DNA from: Candidatus Nitrospinota bacterium M3_3B_026
GTDB lineage: Bacteria; Nitrospinota_A; UBA7883; JBPRGF01
Reading direction: 5' to 3'
DNA length: 64,000 bases
Assembly (NCBI GenBank): GCA_051418015.1
Contig: JBPRGF010000017.1
Location: 311,706-375,705, forward strand
Part shown: in pieces, positions 50,041 through 64,000 of the stretch
Layout: every line of letters begins with the position of its first letter
Numbering within the stretch: position 1 is the stretch's first letter
Translations under genes and position numbers: made by a program
The notes under the pieces: model-generated
What the model saw: the letters and a program-made list of their open reading frames with translations, nothing else
Told to the model about the DNA's origin: nothing
Databases searched by the model: none

Positions 50041-51848
50041 CGATCCGCCGCCTGTCCCTCCTGTTCCTGCGAGGCGGTTTTTTTCAGCACTTCTTTCTTG
50101 TACGCGGCGAGCACGTCGGTCCTGTGGAGTATGCCGACTATTTGCCTGGGGTCTTCCCTCTCCACCACGGGCAGCTGCTCGATGTCCTTCAGGGCGAACT
50201 TGTCCATCGCCTCGTTGAGGTTGTCACCGGCGTGAACGGTGATGACCTTTTCGGTGGCGATCTCTTTGGCCACGATCAGGTCGCAAAGGTCGGCCGAGTC
50301 GAGCATGAACGCGCGGACGTTCTGGATGGAGATGACGCCGGAGAGCTTCCCCGCAGAGTCGACGACCGGGAAGTAGCTGTCGCGGGACGTTGCGATGAGT
50401 TCCATGATCCTGCCGAAGGGCATATTCTCCGGGATGGTGGTCACGTCGCGGCTCATCACGTCGCCCACCCTGATCCGGTCCATCACAGAAAGGTCCCGCC
50501 CGCGCCAGAGCCTTATCCCCCTCCTGCGCAGCTTCTCAGTGTAGAGTGACTCGTCCGAGAACCTCGTTATGACGTAGGTGGACATTATGCAGGCGGTCAT
50601 GATGGGGAGTATGATCTGGTAGTTGCCGGTCAGCTCATAGCCCATGAGTATGTTGGTCAACGGCGCGTGAACCACCGCCGCCATGACGGCCCCCACACCC
50701 ACCATGGCGTAGGCCCCCGGCGACGCCACCGCTTCCGGCGCCGCCACGTAGTTCACGAAGAAGCCGAACAGCCCCCCGGTCATGCACCCTATGAAAAGAG
50801 CCGGGGCAAAGACGCCGCCGGAGCCGCCGGAGCCGAGGGCGAACGCCGTGGCCGCTATCTTGAAAACCAGGAGCGCAAGGGCCAGTGTCCAGACCATCTC
50901 GCCGTTGAGCATACTGCTCATCTCGTCATAGCCGCCGTCGAAGACGCCCGGCAGGAACACCCCGATCATCCCCACGACGAGGCCGCCTATCGCCGGCTTC
51001 AGGACGGGATGGGTCTTCACCTTGTGTTTGAACAGGTCGTCCGCGGCGAAGTAGGCCTTGAAGAAAACCCAGGCCACCAGGCCGCACAATATGCCCAGGA
51101 TGAAATACAGTCCTATCTCCCATGGGTTGACCAGCGTGTAAGATGGCGCCGAAAAGGCCGGGACGTCGCCCAGGGCCAGTCGCTTGGTGGTGGTGGCCAT
51201 CACGGAGCTTATGACTATCGGCAGGAACGAAGCGACGTTGAAATCGCCCAGCACAAGCTCCACGGAGAAGATGACCCCGGCGATGGGCGCGTTGAACGCC
51301 GCCGCTATCCCCGCCGCCGCGCCACACCCCACGAGCAACCGCAGCCTCTCCGACGAGGCCTTCAGGAACCGCCCCATCGCGGAGCCCATGGCGCCGCATA
51401 TCTGCGCTATCGGCCCCTCCCGTCCGCCGGAGCCGCCGGAGCCGAGAAATATCGAGGTGGCCAGCATCCGAAACCATATGGTCCTGCGAGGCACGACCCC
51501 GCCGTCCACCGCCGTCCACCGCATCACCTCCGCCGCGGCGGCGGACTCGTAGTCCATCTTGAACCGCCACGTGAGAAAGCCGACGATCAGCCCTCCCAGC
51601 GCCGGGAGCAGGGGGATGACAAGATAGGCGTAGACAAATGATCCCTCCCCCAGCGCCTCATGGGGAAGCTCGAAGAAAAGCCGGCCGAAGAATTCGATGA
51701 GCCATTCAAACAGGACCGACAGCGCGCCGCAGATCACGCCCAGGAAGCCCGCCGTTATCAGCAGAAGCGTGTGTTCGCGCGAGGACCGGGCGATGAAAAG
51801 AGCGTAAAAAGGCTCCGTGAGCCTCCTTGCGATATTTCCCAGCGTCAT
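50037..51848 (-). CDS. ClC-family chloride channel/transporter with tandem CBS domains
   Basis: GGSGGREGP, AAFNAPIAG, GGSGGVFAP, LYT; two CBS domains. Confidence 0.92.
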   Translation of the reverse strand: MTLGNIARRLTEPFYALFIARSSREHTLLLITAGFLGVICGALSVLFEWLIEFFGRLFFELPHEALGEGSFVYAYLVIPLLPALGGLIVGFLTWRFKMDYESAAAAEVMRWTAVDGGVVPRRTIWFRMLATSIFLGSGGSGGREGPIAQICGAMGSAMGRFLKASSERLRLLVGCGAAAGIAAAFNAPIAGVIFSVELVLGDFNVASFLPIVISSVMATTTKRLALGDVPAFSAPSYTLVNPWEIGLYFILGILCGLVAWVFFKAYFAADDLFKHKVKTHPVLKPAIGGLVVGMIGVFLPGVFDGGYDEMSSMLNGEMVWTLALALLVFKIAATAFALGSGGSGGVFAPALFIGCMTGGLFGFFVNYVAAPEAVASPGAYAMVGVGAVMAAVVHAPLTNILMGYELTGNYQIILPIMTACIMSTYVITRFSDESLYTEKLRRRGIRLWRGRDLSVMDRIRVGDVMSRDVTTIPENMPFGRIMELIATSRDSYFPVVDSAGKLSGVISIQNVRAFMLDSADLCDLIVAKEIATEKVITVHAGDNLNEAMDKFALKDIEQLPVVEREDPRQIVGILHRTDVLAAYKKEVLKKTASQEQEGQAADR

Positions 51849-51886
51849 GCCCTGACCGGACCCCCCTCCCTTCGCCCGCCGTTGAA

Positions 51887-51923
51887 CAAAAAAGGGGCCG
51901 ACGGAGGCGCCTTCGCCGGCCCT
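51887..51923 (-). terminator. Terminator after rpoC
   Basis: Minus strand GGGCCGGCGAAGG-CG-CCTCCGTCGGCCCC followed by a T run. Confidence 0.6.
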
Positions 51924-51950
51924 GGGAAATCCTGGTTGCCCCGGAAAGGA

Positions 51951-56354
<4,404 letters not shown>

Positions 56355-56420
56355 TGGTTTATCTCCCAGTCTCTATTCCAGATCATTACTCATACAACAA
56401 CCCACGCCCCACGACGAAAA

Positions 56421-59400
56421 TCACGGATTCTGGATAAGCTCCACGTCCAGCGCAAGGGCCTGCAGCTCCTTCACCAGAACGTTGAACGACTCCGGCAGGC
56501 CGGGGCTCAGAGTGTGATCGCCCTTGACGATCGACTCGTACATCCTCTTCCGGCCCTCCACGTCGTCCGACTTGACGGTGAGCATCTCCTGTAGGGTGTA
56601 GGCGGCCCCATAGGCCTCCAGCGCCCACACCTCCATCTCGCCCAGCCTCTGGCCCCCGAACTGCGCCTTGCCCCCCAGCGGCTGCTGGGTGACCAGCGAG
56701 TAGGGGCCCGTGGAGCGGGCGTGGATCTTGTCCTCCACCAGGTGGTGGAGCTTCATCATGTATATGTACCCGACCAACACCTTCTGGTCGAACCTGTCGC
56801 CCGTCCGGCCGTCGTAAAGGTCGATCTTGCCGTTGCTCGGGTATCCCGACTTGTCCAGAAGCTCCGATATCTGCGACTCCTGGGCGCCGTCGAACACGGG
56901 CGTCATCATGTGCTCGCCCAGGCGTTTGGCGGCCATGCCGAGGTTGGTCTCCATTATCTGGCCCACGTTCATGCGCGAGGGGACGCCCAGCGGGTTCAGG
57001 ATGATGTCCACCGGCGCCCCGTCCTCCATGAAGGGCATATCCTCCTCCGGAACGATGACCGAGACCACGCCCTTGTTCCCGTGGCGTCCGGCCATCTTGT
57101 CGCCCACCTGGAGCTTGCGCTTTATCGCCACGTAGACCTTCACCACCTTGATGACACCGGGAGCAAGCTCATCGCCCCGGTCGAACTTGCTCATCCTGTC
57201 CTCGTAGCGGGACCGGACTCCGGCTATGGCCTCGCTGCTCTCCTCTTCAAGGGCGCGGATCCTCTCCATGACGTTCCCGTCGGCGACCTCTATCTTCAAA
57301 AGCTCCTTGCCGCCGAGCCCGGACAGAAGATCCTCCGTGAGCTCGGCCTTCCTGGGCGTGACGACTTTCGAGCCCTTTTTCACCTCGTTCACGGCGGTCT
57401 TGTTCTTTAGCAAAGACCGGATCTTCTCGTCCCGCTCCTGGGTGGTGATCTCGACCTCTTCGTTCATGTCCTTCTCGAGGCGCGCCTTCTCCTCGGCGTC
57501 TATGGCCTCGCTACGGGCGTCCTTCTCCGAGCCGCGCCGCGAGAAGACTTTGACGTTTATCACCGTCCCCTCGTTGCCGGGGGAGACGGTGAGCGACGTG
57601 TCGCGCACGTCACCGGCCTTCTCGCCGAAGATAGCCTTCAAAAGCTTCTCCTCCGGCGAAAGCAGCGTCTCGCCCTTGGGCGTCACCTTGCCGACGAGGA
57701 TGTCGCCGGTCTTCACCTTCGCTCCGATCCGGATGATGCCGGACTCGTCAAGGTTCTTGAGTGTCTCCTCGGAGACGTTGGGGATGTCGCGGGTGATCTC
57801 CTCCTTGCCCTGCCGCGTGTCACGGGCCTCCACCTCGAATTCCTCGATGTGAATGGAGGAATATATGTCCTCCTTGACCAGCCTCTCGGAGACGATGACC
57901 GCGTCCTCGAAGTTGTAGCCGTGCCATGGCATGAAGGCCACCAGCACGTTCCGCCCCAGCGCCAGCTCGCCGCGATCCGTGGACTGGCCGTCGGCTATCA
58001 CGTCGCCCTTTTTCACCTTCTGCCCGAGACTGACCACGGGAATCTGGTTCACGCATGTGTTCTGGTTGGAGCGGTTGTACTTGGTCAGGTTGTAGATGTC
58101 CACTTTGGACTGGTAGCGGTCCCTGGCCTCGGCGCGGATGACTATCCTGCCGGAGTCCACGCTTATCACCTCGCCGCCATTTCTCGCGACCACGACCGTG
58201 CCCGAGTCCCGGGCGGCCAGCGCCTCCATGCCGGTGCCGACGAAGGGCGCCTCGGTGCGCATGAGCGGCACGGCCTGCCGCTGCATGTTCGAGCCCATCA
58301 GGGCGCGGTTGGCGTCATCGTTCTCCAGGAACGGTATCAGCGAGGCGGCAACGGACACCAGCTGCTTGGGCGACACGTCCATGTACGTTATCTCCGACGG
58401 GCCGGCCAGCACGTACTCGCCGCCCCTCCGGCAGGAGACAAGGTCCATGACGAAGCGCCCCTTGTCGTCCAGGATAGCGTTGGCCTGGGCGATCGTGTGC
58501 TTGTCCTCGTCCATGGCTGACAGGTACTCCACCTCGTCGGTGACCCTGCCGTCCACAACCTTGCAGTACGGCGTCTCGATGAAACCGAAGTTGTTCACCT
58601 TGGCGAAGGTGGAAAGCGATGATATGAGGCCGATGTTCGGGCCCTCCGGCGTCTCGATGGGACATATCCGCCCGTAGTGGCTGGGATGCACGTCGCGCAC
58701 CTCGAACCCTGCCCGCTCCCGCGTCAGCCCGCCCGGTCCCAGAGCCGACAAGCGCCGCTTGTGGGTGATAGAGGACAGGGGATTGGTCTGGTCCATGAAC
58801 TGCGACAGCTGGCTGGAGCCGAAAAACTCCTTGATCGCCGCCGTCACGGGCTTGGAGTTTATAAGGTCGTGCGGCATGCAGGTCTCCAGGTCCATCATGT
58901 TCATCCGCTCCACGATGGCCTTCTCCATGCGGACGAGCCCTATGCGGAACTGGTTCTCCACAGACTCGCCCACGGACCTGACCCTGCGGTTGCCGAGGTG
59001 GTCTATGTCGTCCACCTGCCCCACCCCGCGCCGCAGGTCGTTGAGCACGCGGATGGTGTGGATGATGTCCTCCCTGGTGATGAGCCGCTGGGTCAGGGGG
59101 AAATCCAGTCCCAGGCGGTTGTTGAGCTTGAGCCTGCCCACCTCCGAAAGATCATACCTTTTCGGGTTGAAAAAAAGATTCTCGAAAAGAGCCCGGGCGG
59201 TCTCCGTCGTGGGCGGGTCGCCAGGCCTCATCCTCTTGCATATCTCCTTCAGGGCGTCGTCCTGCGTGTCCACCTTGTCGGCGGCGAGGGTGTCCCTTAT
59301 GGACGTCTCCTTGAGCTGCTCGTCCACGACCAGTATCCTCACCGACCGCACACCGCGCCGGCGGATGGTCTCCAGCCCCTCGGAGGTTATCTCGCTGTTC

Positions 59401-60467
59401 ACCTCCAGCAGTATCTCCCCCGTGGTCTCGTCCACCACGTCCTCGGCGCAGAACTTGCCGGTCACGTCCTCTTCCTCGAGCTTCAGCCTCCCCACACCCG
59501 CCGCGGAGAGCTGTTTCACGCTCTTCCTGGTTAGCTTGCGGCCGGACTTCAGGATGACATCGCCCGTTTTCGGGTCCTTGATGTCGCCGTGGGCCTTGAA
59601 GCTCATGGGCAGGATATCCTTGTCCACGCCGACGGAAAGTTCGCCGGAGCCGGGGTCGATCTCCAGGGTGGCGGACTTGTAGAAAAAGGCCAGGATGTCC
59701 TCCACGGTGTAGCCCAGAGCCTTGAGCAGGATTGTGCCGTGGAACTTCCTGCGTCTGTCTATCCTGGTGTACAGGATTTCCTTCATGTCGTATTCGAAGT
59801 CGAGCCACGAGCCGCGGTAGGGAATCAGCCGCGCGGAATGGCTCGTCGTCCCGGCGCTGGCGCCCTTGCCCTTCTCCGCGGTAAAGAACGCGCCCGGAGA
59901 ACGGTGCATCTGGCTCACCGCAACCCGCTCCGTGCCGTTTATTATGAAGGTGCCGGTGTCCGTCATCAGAGGGATCTCGCCCAGGTATATCTTCTGCTCC
60001 TTCACCTCGCGGACGGAGGTCTCCCCGGTCTGCTCGTCCCGGCTCTTCACGACGAGCTGGACTATGATCTTCAGGGGGTCGGCGTAGGTCATGCCGCGCT
60101 GGAGGCACTCCTCCTTGTGGTACTTCTCCTTGTAGACGACCTCCTTGCCGCATGTGGAGCAGACCACTCCCGGCCCGCCGAGATCCATGTACTCCCCGCA
60201 CTTGCACTCCCAGATGCCGAGCTCGTAGCCCTTGTACTCGAGCGTCGCCGTCTGGTTGTAGTCCGAGATCGGGAAAACGCTCGTAAACACCTCGTGCAAC
60301 CCGGCGACCTGTCGCTTGCCGGGCGGGGTATTTCTCTGGAGGAACCTTTCGTAAAAGGATGTCTGTATCTCCAGGAGGTTCGGTATCCCCAGGATCGGGC
60401 GGATTTGCGAAAAATCCCTGCGTTTGACGGGCTCCTTGCCCAGTCTGTAGGTAGCGGCCTTACCCAT
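56421..60467 (-). CDS. rpoB: RNA polymerase beta subunit
   Basis: [31 protein letters not shown]. Confidence 0.99.
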   Translation of the reverse strand: MGKAATYRLGKEPVKRRDFSQIRPILGIPNLLEIQTSFYERFLQRNTPPGKRQVAGLHEVFTSVFPISDYNQTATLEYKGYELGIWECKCGEYMDLGGPGVVCSTCGKEVVYKEKYHKEECLQRGMTYADPLKIIVQLVVKSRDEQTGETSVREVKEQKIYLGEIPLMTDTGTFIINGTERVAVSQMHRSPGAFFTAEKGKGASAGTTSHSARLIPYRGSWLDFEYDMKEILYTRIDRRRKFHGTILLKALGYTVEDILAFFYKSATLEIDPGSGELSVGVDKDILPMSFKAHGDIKDPKTGDVILKSGRKLTRKSVKQLSAAGVGRLKLEEEDVTGKFCAEDVVDETTGEILLEVNSEITSEGLETIRRRGVRSVRILVVDEQLKETSIRDTLAADKVDTQDDALKEICKRMRPGDPPTTETARALFENLFFNPKRYDLSEVGRLKLNNRLGLDFPLTQRLITREDIIHTIRVLNDLRRGVGQVDDIDHLGNRRVRSVGESVENQFRIGLVRMEKAIVERMNMMDLETCMPHDLINSKPVTAAIKEFFGSSQLSQFMDQTNPLSSITHKRRLSALGPGGLTRERAGFEVRDVHPSHYGRICPIETPEGPNIGLISSLSTFAKVNNFGFIETPYCKVVDGRVTDEVEYLSAMDEDKHTIAQANAILDDKGRFVMDLVSCRRGGEYVLAGPSEITYMDVSPKQLVSVAASLIPFLENDDANRALMGSNMQRQAVPLMRTEAPFVGTGMEALAARDSGTVVVARNGGEVISVDSGRIVIRAEARDRYQSKVDIYNLTKYNRSNQNTCVNQIPVVSLGQKVKKGDVIADGQSTDRGELALGRNVLVAFMPWHGYNFEDAVIVSERLVKEDIYSSIHIEEFEVEARDTRQGKEEITRDIPNVSEETLKNLDESGIIRIGAKVKTGDILVGKVTPKGETLLSPEEKLLKAIFGEKAGDVRDTSLTVSPGNEGTVINVKVFSRRGSEKDARSEAIDAEEKARLEKDMNEEVEITTQERDEKIRSLLKNKTAVNEVKKGSKVVTPRKAELTEDLLSGLGGKELLKIEVADGNVMERIRALEEESSEAIAGVRSRYEDRMSKFDRGDELAPGVIKVVKVYVAIKRKLQVGDKMAGRHGNKGVVSVIVPEEDMPFMEDGAPVDIILNPLGVPSRMNVGQIMETNLGMAAKRLGEHMMTPVFDGAQESQISELLDKSGYPSNGKIDLYDGRTGDRFDQKVLVGYIYMMKLHHLVEDKIHARSTGPYSLVTQQPLGGKAQFGGQRLGEMEVWALEAYGAAYTLQEMLTVKSDDVEGRKRMYESIVKGDHTLSPGLPESFNVLVKELQALALDVELIQNP

Positions 60468-60565
60468 TAGTTACACCTCCAAGTCGCGCGCGGCGCTCGC
60501 GGAATGCGCGCGTTATACGAGTGACGCGGGCCCCGGCGCCCGGGCGAGGGCGCCTCTCCGGTTTG

Positions 60566-60595
60566 AAAAAAAACAGCGGCGGCCCCAGGCCGCCT
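60566..60595 (-). terminator. Attenuator-like hairpin between rplL and rpoB
   Basis: Minus strand GGCGGCC-TGG-GGCCGCC, then GCTG and a T run. Confidence 0.5.
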
Positions 60596-60624
60596 CTCAG
60601 GGTCGTGAAAAAACCTCAAGCCCT

Positions 60625-61005
60625 TTACTTCACCTCGACGGCCGCGCCTGCTTCCTCGAGCTGAGCCTTGATCTTCTCGGCCTCCTCCGGGGGAAGGTTC
60701 TCTTTCACCGGCTTGGGGGCGCCGTCGACAAGCTCCTTGGCCTCCTTCAGACCCAGGCCGGTTATCTCCCGGACAACCTTTATCACGCCGATCTTCTTGT
60801 CCCCGGCGCCGGTGAGAATCACCGAGACCTCGCTGGGCGCGGCCTCGGCCGCCTCCGCGCCTCCGCCCGCGGGAGCGGCGGCCGCGGCCGCGGGAGCGGC
60901 GGCGGACACTCCCCACTCCTCCTCGAGCTCCTTGACGAAGCTCAAAAGCTCGTGGACGGGCATGTTCTTTATAAACTCCTTCACATCTTCCTTGGTAGCA
61001 GGCAT
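60625..61005 (-). CDS. rplL: 50S ribosomal protein L7/L12
   Basis: [24 protein letters not shown]. Confidence 0.98.
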   Translation of the reverse strand: MPATKEDVKEFIKNMPVHELLSFVKELEEEWGVSAAAPAAAAAAPAGGGAEAAEAAPSEVSVILTGAGDKKIGVIKVVREITGLGLKEAKELVDGAPKPVKENLPPEEAEKIKAQLEEAGAAVEVK

Positions 61006-61064
61006 CGATTATCGTCCTCCTTCAGTCGTAATACTTAATTTCATAAAGAGCGGCGGCCGCGGAT

Positions 61065-61598
61065 TCAGGCCCCGCCCTCTTCCCTTTTCTTCTCCGCCAC
61101 AGCCGACAGGGCGTAAAGGAACTTGCGCGCCGCGCCCTCCATGACGCCCATAAAGTTCCGCGCCGGGGCCTGCATGAGACCCAGGAACATAGCCTGCAGA
61201 ACGGGCCGGGGAGGGGTGTTGGCTAACTGTTTCACTTCCTCCGGGCCGAGGGCGGCTCCGTCTATTACCCCCCCGAGAATCGTGAGACCCTCGTTGTCCT
61301 TGGCGAACTCCAGGAGCTTCTTCGCGGGAGCGCTAAGGTCCTCCCCGAAACCGAAGGTCACGCTCACCGGGCCCTGAAACATGCCGGAGACTTCGGCGAA
61401 GGGCGTGTCGTCCGCGGCGATCCTGGCCAGCGTGTTCTTCACCACCTTCAGCCGCGCGTCGGCCCCACGCAGGTCCTTGCGCAGGGTGGTCACCTTCTCC
61501 ACCGTGACGCCGCTGAAGCTGGCTATCACCGCCACATTCGCCTTCGTGAAATTGTCCCGCAACTGCTCTACTTCGGTTTTCTTGGCCTCGGTCACCAT
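61065..61598 (-). CDS. rplJ: 50S ribosomal protein L10
   Basis: LRKDLR..LKVVKNTLARIA, GP; position in the operon. Confidence 0.95.
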   Translation of the reverse strand: MVTEAKKTEVEQLRDNFTKANVAVIASFSGVTVEKVTTLRKDLRGADARLKVVKNTLARIAADDTPFAEVSGMFQGPVSVTFGFGEDLSAPAKKLLEFAKDNEGLTILGGVIDGAALGPEEVKQLANTPPRPVLQAMFLGLMQAPARNFMGVMEGAARKFLYALSAVAEKKREEGGA

Positions 61599-61618
61599 CT
61601 GTTCGAACCTCGTTTGAT

Positions 61619-62326
61619 CTAAGCCGCGGCGGCGGAAAGGGCCGCCGCGGACGTATCCACCCTGACGCCGGGCCCCATGGTGGAGCAAACCGTTATGGAC
61701 CGTATGTACGTCCCTTTCGCCGACGATGGTTTCTGTTTCTGGAGCTGGTCTATCAGCGCCCTGGCGTTCTCGTACAGCGCCTCGACATCGAAGCTGGCCT
61801 TGCCTATCGGCGCGTGGACCACCCCGGCCTTGTCCACGCGATACTCCACCTTGCCGGCCTGGATCTCCTTGATGACCTTCTCCAGGTCGAAGGTCACCGT
61901 GCCGGACTTGGGGTTCGGCATCAGGCCGCGCGGGCCCAGAGTTCGCCCCAGTTTGCCCACCTGGCCCATCATGTCCGGCGTGGCCACAGCGACGTCGAAG
62001 TCCATGAAGCCGCCCTGGACGCGTTCCACGAGGTCCTCCGCGCCGGCCACGTCGGCGCCGGCCGCTTCGGCTTCCTTGATTTTCTCGCCCTTGGCGAAAA
62101 CGGCTATCCTGCGCGTCTTGCCCGTGCCGCGCGGCAGGGTCACCGAGCCGCGAACCATCTGGTCGGCCTTGGTGGGGTTCACTCCCAGCCGGACGGCTAT
62201 CTCCATCGTCTCGTCGAACTTGGCGCCGGCGGCCTCCCGGGCGACTTTCAGCGCGTCGTACAACGTGCTCTTCTTGAGGCGGTCCATTCTCTCCGCCGCG
62301 GCCCTGTATCTTTTTCCTCTTCTCAT
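61619..62326 (-). CDS. rplA: 50S ribosomal protein L1
   Basis: [30 protein letters not shown]. Confidence 0.98.
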   Translation of the reverse strand: MRRGKRYRAAAERMDRLKKSTLYDALKVAREAAGAKFDETMEIAVRLGVNPTKADQMVRGSVTLPRGTGKTRRIAVFAKGEKIKEAEAAGADVAGAEDLVERVQGGFMDFDVAVATPDMMGQVGKLGRTLGPRGLMPNPKSGTVTFDLEKVIKEIQAGKVEYRVDKAGVVHAPIGKASFDVEALYENARALIDQLQKQKPSSAKGTYIRSITVCSTMGPGVRVDTSAAALSAAAA

Positions 62327-62353
62327 GAGATCAACTCCAAGCTTTAATGGCGG

Positions 62354-62776
62354 TCATTCGACCATGATCCCCATGGAGCGCGCCGTCCCCGCGATGGTCC
62401 TCATCGCCGCCTCCTCGCCGGCGGCGGTCAGGTCGGCCTCCTTGGTCTTCACGATCTCCCGCACCTGGTCCCAGGTCACCTTGGCCACTTTCGTCTTGTT
62501 AGGCTCCGCCGAGCCCTTGGCTATCCCCGCGGCCCTCTTCAAAAGGATCGACGCCGGGGGGGACTTGAGCAAAAACGTGAAGCTCCTGTCCGCGTACACG
62601 GTGATGACCACGGGTATCACAAGGCCCTCCTGCCCCTGCGTCCTGGCGTTGAACGTTTTGCAGAACTCCATTATGTTCACCCCGTGCTGCCCAAGGGCCG
62701 GCCCCACGGGAGGCGCGGGGTTGGCGGCGCCGGCGGGGACCTGCAACTTTATCTGGGCTATGACTTCCTTGGCCAT
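62354..62776 (-). CDS. rplK: 50S ribosomal protein L11
   Basis: [23 protein letters not shown]. Confidence 0.98.
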   Translation of the reverse strand: MAKEVIAQIKLQVPAGAANPAPPVGPALGQHGVNIMEFCKTFNARTQGQEGLVIPVVITVYADRSFTFLLKSPPASILLKRAAGIAKGSAEPNKTKVAKVTWDQVREIVKTKEADLTAAGEEAAMRTIAGTARSMGIMVE

Positions 62777-62805
62777 TCTCAAAAACCCTCTCGTTTTACT
62801 TTCGC

Positions 62806-63366
62806 CTATATCTTCTCTATCTGCGAAAACTCAAGCTCCACTGGAGTGGAGCGGCCGAATATGCTGACCATGACCTTCACCTTCGCCCGCTCAACGTTCA
62901 CCTCTTCCAGCACGCCCGTGAAGTTCGCGAAGGGGCCGTCCGTCACCCGCACCGACTCGCCCACATCGTAGGCATACTTGGGCTTGGGCCGCTCCGCCGC
63001 GCCGGAGAGCTGCTCCTTCAGCCGGGCCACCTCGGCGCCGGTGAGCGGAACGGGCTCCTTGGCGTCGCCCAGAAAACCGGTCACCCGCGGCGTCTCCTTT
63101 ATCAAGTGGAGTATCTTGTCGCTCATGACCATCTCGATCATGATGTAGCCCGGGAAAAACTTGCGGGAGGATATACGCTTCTTCCCGCCGCGGACCTCCA
63201 CGACGTCCTCCTCGGGAACCAGGATCTCGCCCACCTGATCATTCATGCCAGCCTGGCGGATCCTCTCCCTCAGGCTCTCGGCCACTTTCTTCTCGTAGCC
63301 GGAGTACGTGTGGGCCACGTACCATTTCATCTCTTTCGTCTCGACTTCTTTCTCGCCTGTCATCAT
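62806..63366 (-). CDS. nusG: Transcription factor NusG
   Basis: [19 protein letters not shown] motif [17 protein letters not shown]. Confidence 0.98.
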   Translation of the reverse strand: MMTGEKEVETKEMKWYVAHTYSGYEKKVAESLRERIRQAGMNDQVGEILVPEEDVVEVRGGKKRISSRKFFPGYIMIEMVMSDKILHLIKETPRVTGFLGDAKEPVPLTGAEVARLKEQLSGAAERPKPKYAYDVGESVRVTDGPFANFTGVLEEVNVERAKVKVMVSIFGRSTPVELEFSQIEKI

Positions 63367-63376
63367 CCAGCCAAAC

Positions 63377-63565
63377 CTAGATCACAAAACCAAGGACGAA
63401 CGACAAAAACCAGTCGTATGCGCCCAGCACAATGCTTATGAACAGGACCACCACTATCACCACCGACGTCGTCGCCATGGTGTCCTTCCTGCTCGGAAAA
63501 GTGACCTTCCTGGTCTCTATCCGGACTTCCCTCAAATATTGAATGAAGCCTTGAAGCTTTTCCAT
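63377..63565 (-). CDS. secE: Preprotein translocase SecE
   Basis: [10 protein letters not shown] followed by a single TM helix. Confidence 0.92.
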   Translation of the reverse strand: MEKLQGFIQYLREVRIETRKVTFPSRKDTMATTSVVIVVVLFISIVLGAYDWFLSFVLGFVI

Positions 63566-63592
63566 CAAACCCGGATACCTCGCAAATAACAC

Positions 63593-63668
63593 TGGCAGGC
63601 CAGGAGGGACTCGAACCCCCAACCGCCGCGTTTGGAGCGCGGTGCTCTGCCAATTGAGCTACTGGCCT
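63593..63668 (-). tRNA. tRNA-Trp(CCA)
   Basis: AGGCCAGTAGCTCAATTGGCAGAGCACCGCGCTCCAAACGCGG...GGTTCGAGTCCCTCCTGGCCTGCCA. Confidence 0.97.
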
Positions 63669-63704
63669 GCGCGCGGCCCGACCGATTACTCAGACGCTCC
63701 ACCG

Positions 63705-63854
63705 CTATTTGGTCTCTTTGTGAGCTGTGTGCTTCCCGCAGAACCTGCAATACTTCCTGAACTCAAGCCGGTCCGGCGTGTTCTTCTTGTTCTTGGTGGA
63801 GGTATAGTTCTTCCGCTTGCACTCGGCGCACTGAAAATGGATTATGTCGCGCAT
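63705..63854 (-). CDS. rpmG: 50S ribosomal protein L33 (zinc-binding form)
   Basis: Not in the ORF track. Hand translation: [49 protein letters not shown]. Confidence 0.95.
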   Translation of the reverse strand: MRDIIHFQCAECKRKNYTSTKNKKNTPDRLEFRKYCRFCGKHTAHKETK

Positions 63855-63871
63855 CTATCCCCGCGCCTTTC

Positions 63872-64000
63872 CTACTCCACTATCTCGGTTATGACGCCCG
63901 CGCCGACGGTGCGGCCGCCTTCGCGGATGGCGAACCGGAGCTCTTTCTCCATCGCGATCGGCGTGATCAGCTCGGCCTCTATGCTCACGTTGTCGCCGGG
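63872..64000 (-). CDS. tuf: Elongation factor Tu, 3' end only
   Basis: [46 protein letters not shown]. Confidence 0.97.
   Translation of the reverse strand, partial: PGDNVSIEAELITPIAMEKELRFAIREGGRTVGAGVITEIVE

Overview
High-GC bacterial chromosome segment, mostly housekeeping and energy genes. I found no mobile element, CRISPR array or rRNA. Left to right: a partial membrane-anchored c-type cytochrome and a small secreted repeat protein behind sigma54-like promoters; an nfu-mrp-PAS/sigma54-activator unit with an IscR-type box; a FadL-family outer-membrane channel; a two-tip soluble chemoreceptor-like protein plus an ODP-like di-iron protein; ccmE(CxxxY)-ccmF; two paralogous membrane proteins, a sulfotransferase and a GT2; a housekeeping Fo cluster (atpZ-I-B-E); ispB; a CsgG-like lipoprotein; a P460-like cytochrome plus an MCP; a Usp plus radical SAM/SPASM pair carrying four PCP_red-like modules; gltBD; a complete N-ATPase operon (atpDCQRBEFAG); type III SQR plus a cytochrome c; tRNA-Leu; priA; a plant-like thrC; a nuclease; a second sigma54 activator; hisBH-lpxL-waaF; a ClC-CBS protein; and tuf-rpmG-tRNA-Trp-secE-nusG-rplKAJL-rpoBC. 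The strongest candidates for something undescribed are: (1) the Usp/radical SAM PCP_red operon; (2) an Fe-S-sensing (OrpR-like) sigma54 circuit that apparently drives a secreted helical-repeat protein; (3) an RNA polymerase whose beta subunit carries a copy of the beta' zinc-binding domain and whose beta' jaw carries an extra SBHM module. Gene content is compatible with a Nitrospinota- or Deltaproteobacteria-like organism, but that is inference only. All family calls come from motif recognition by eye; no database searches were run.
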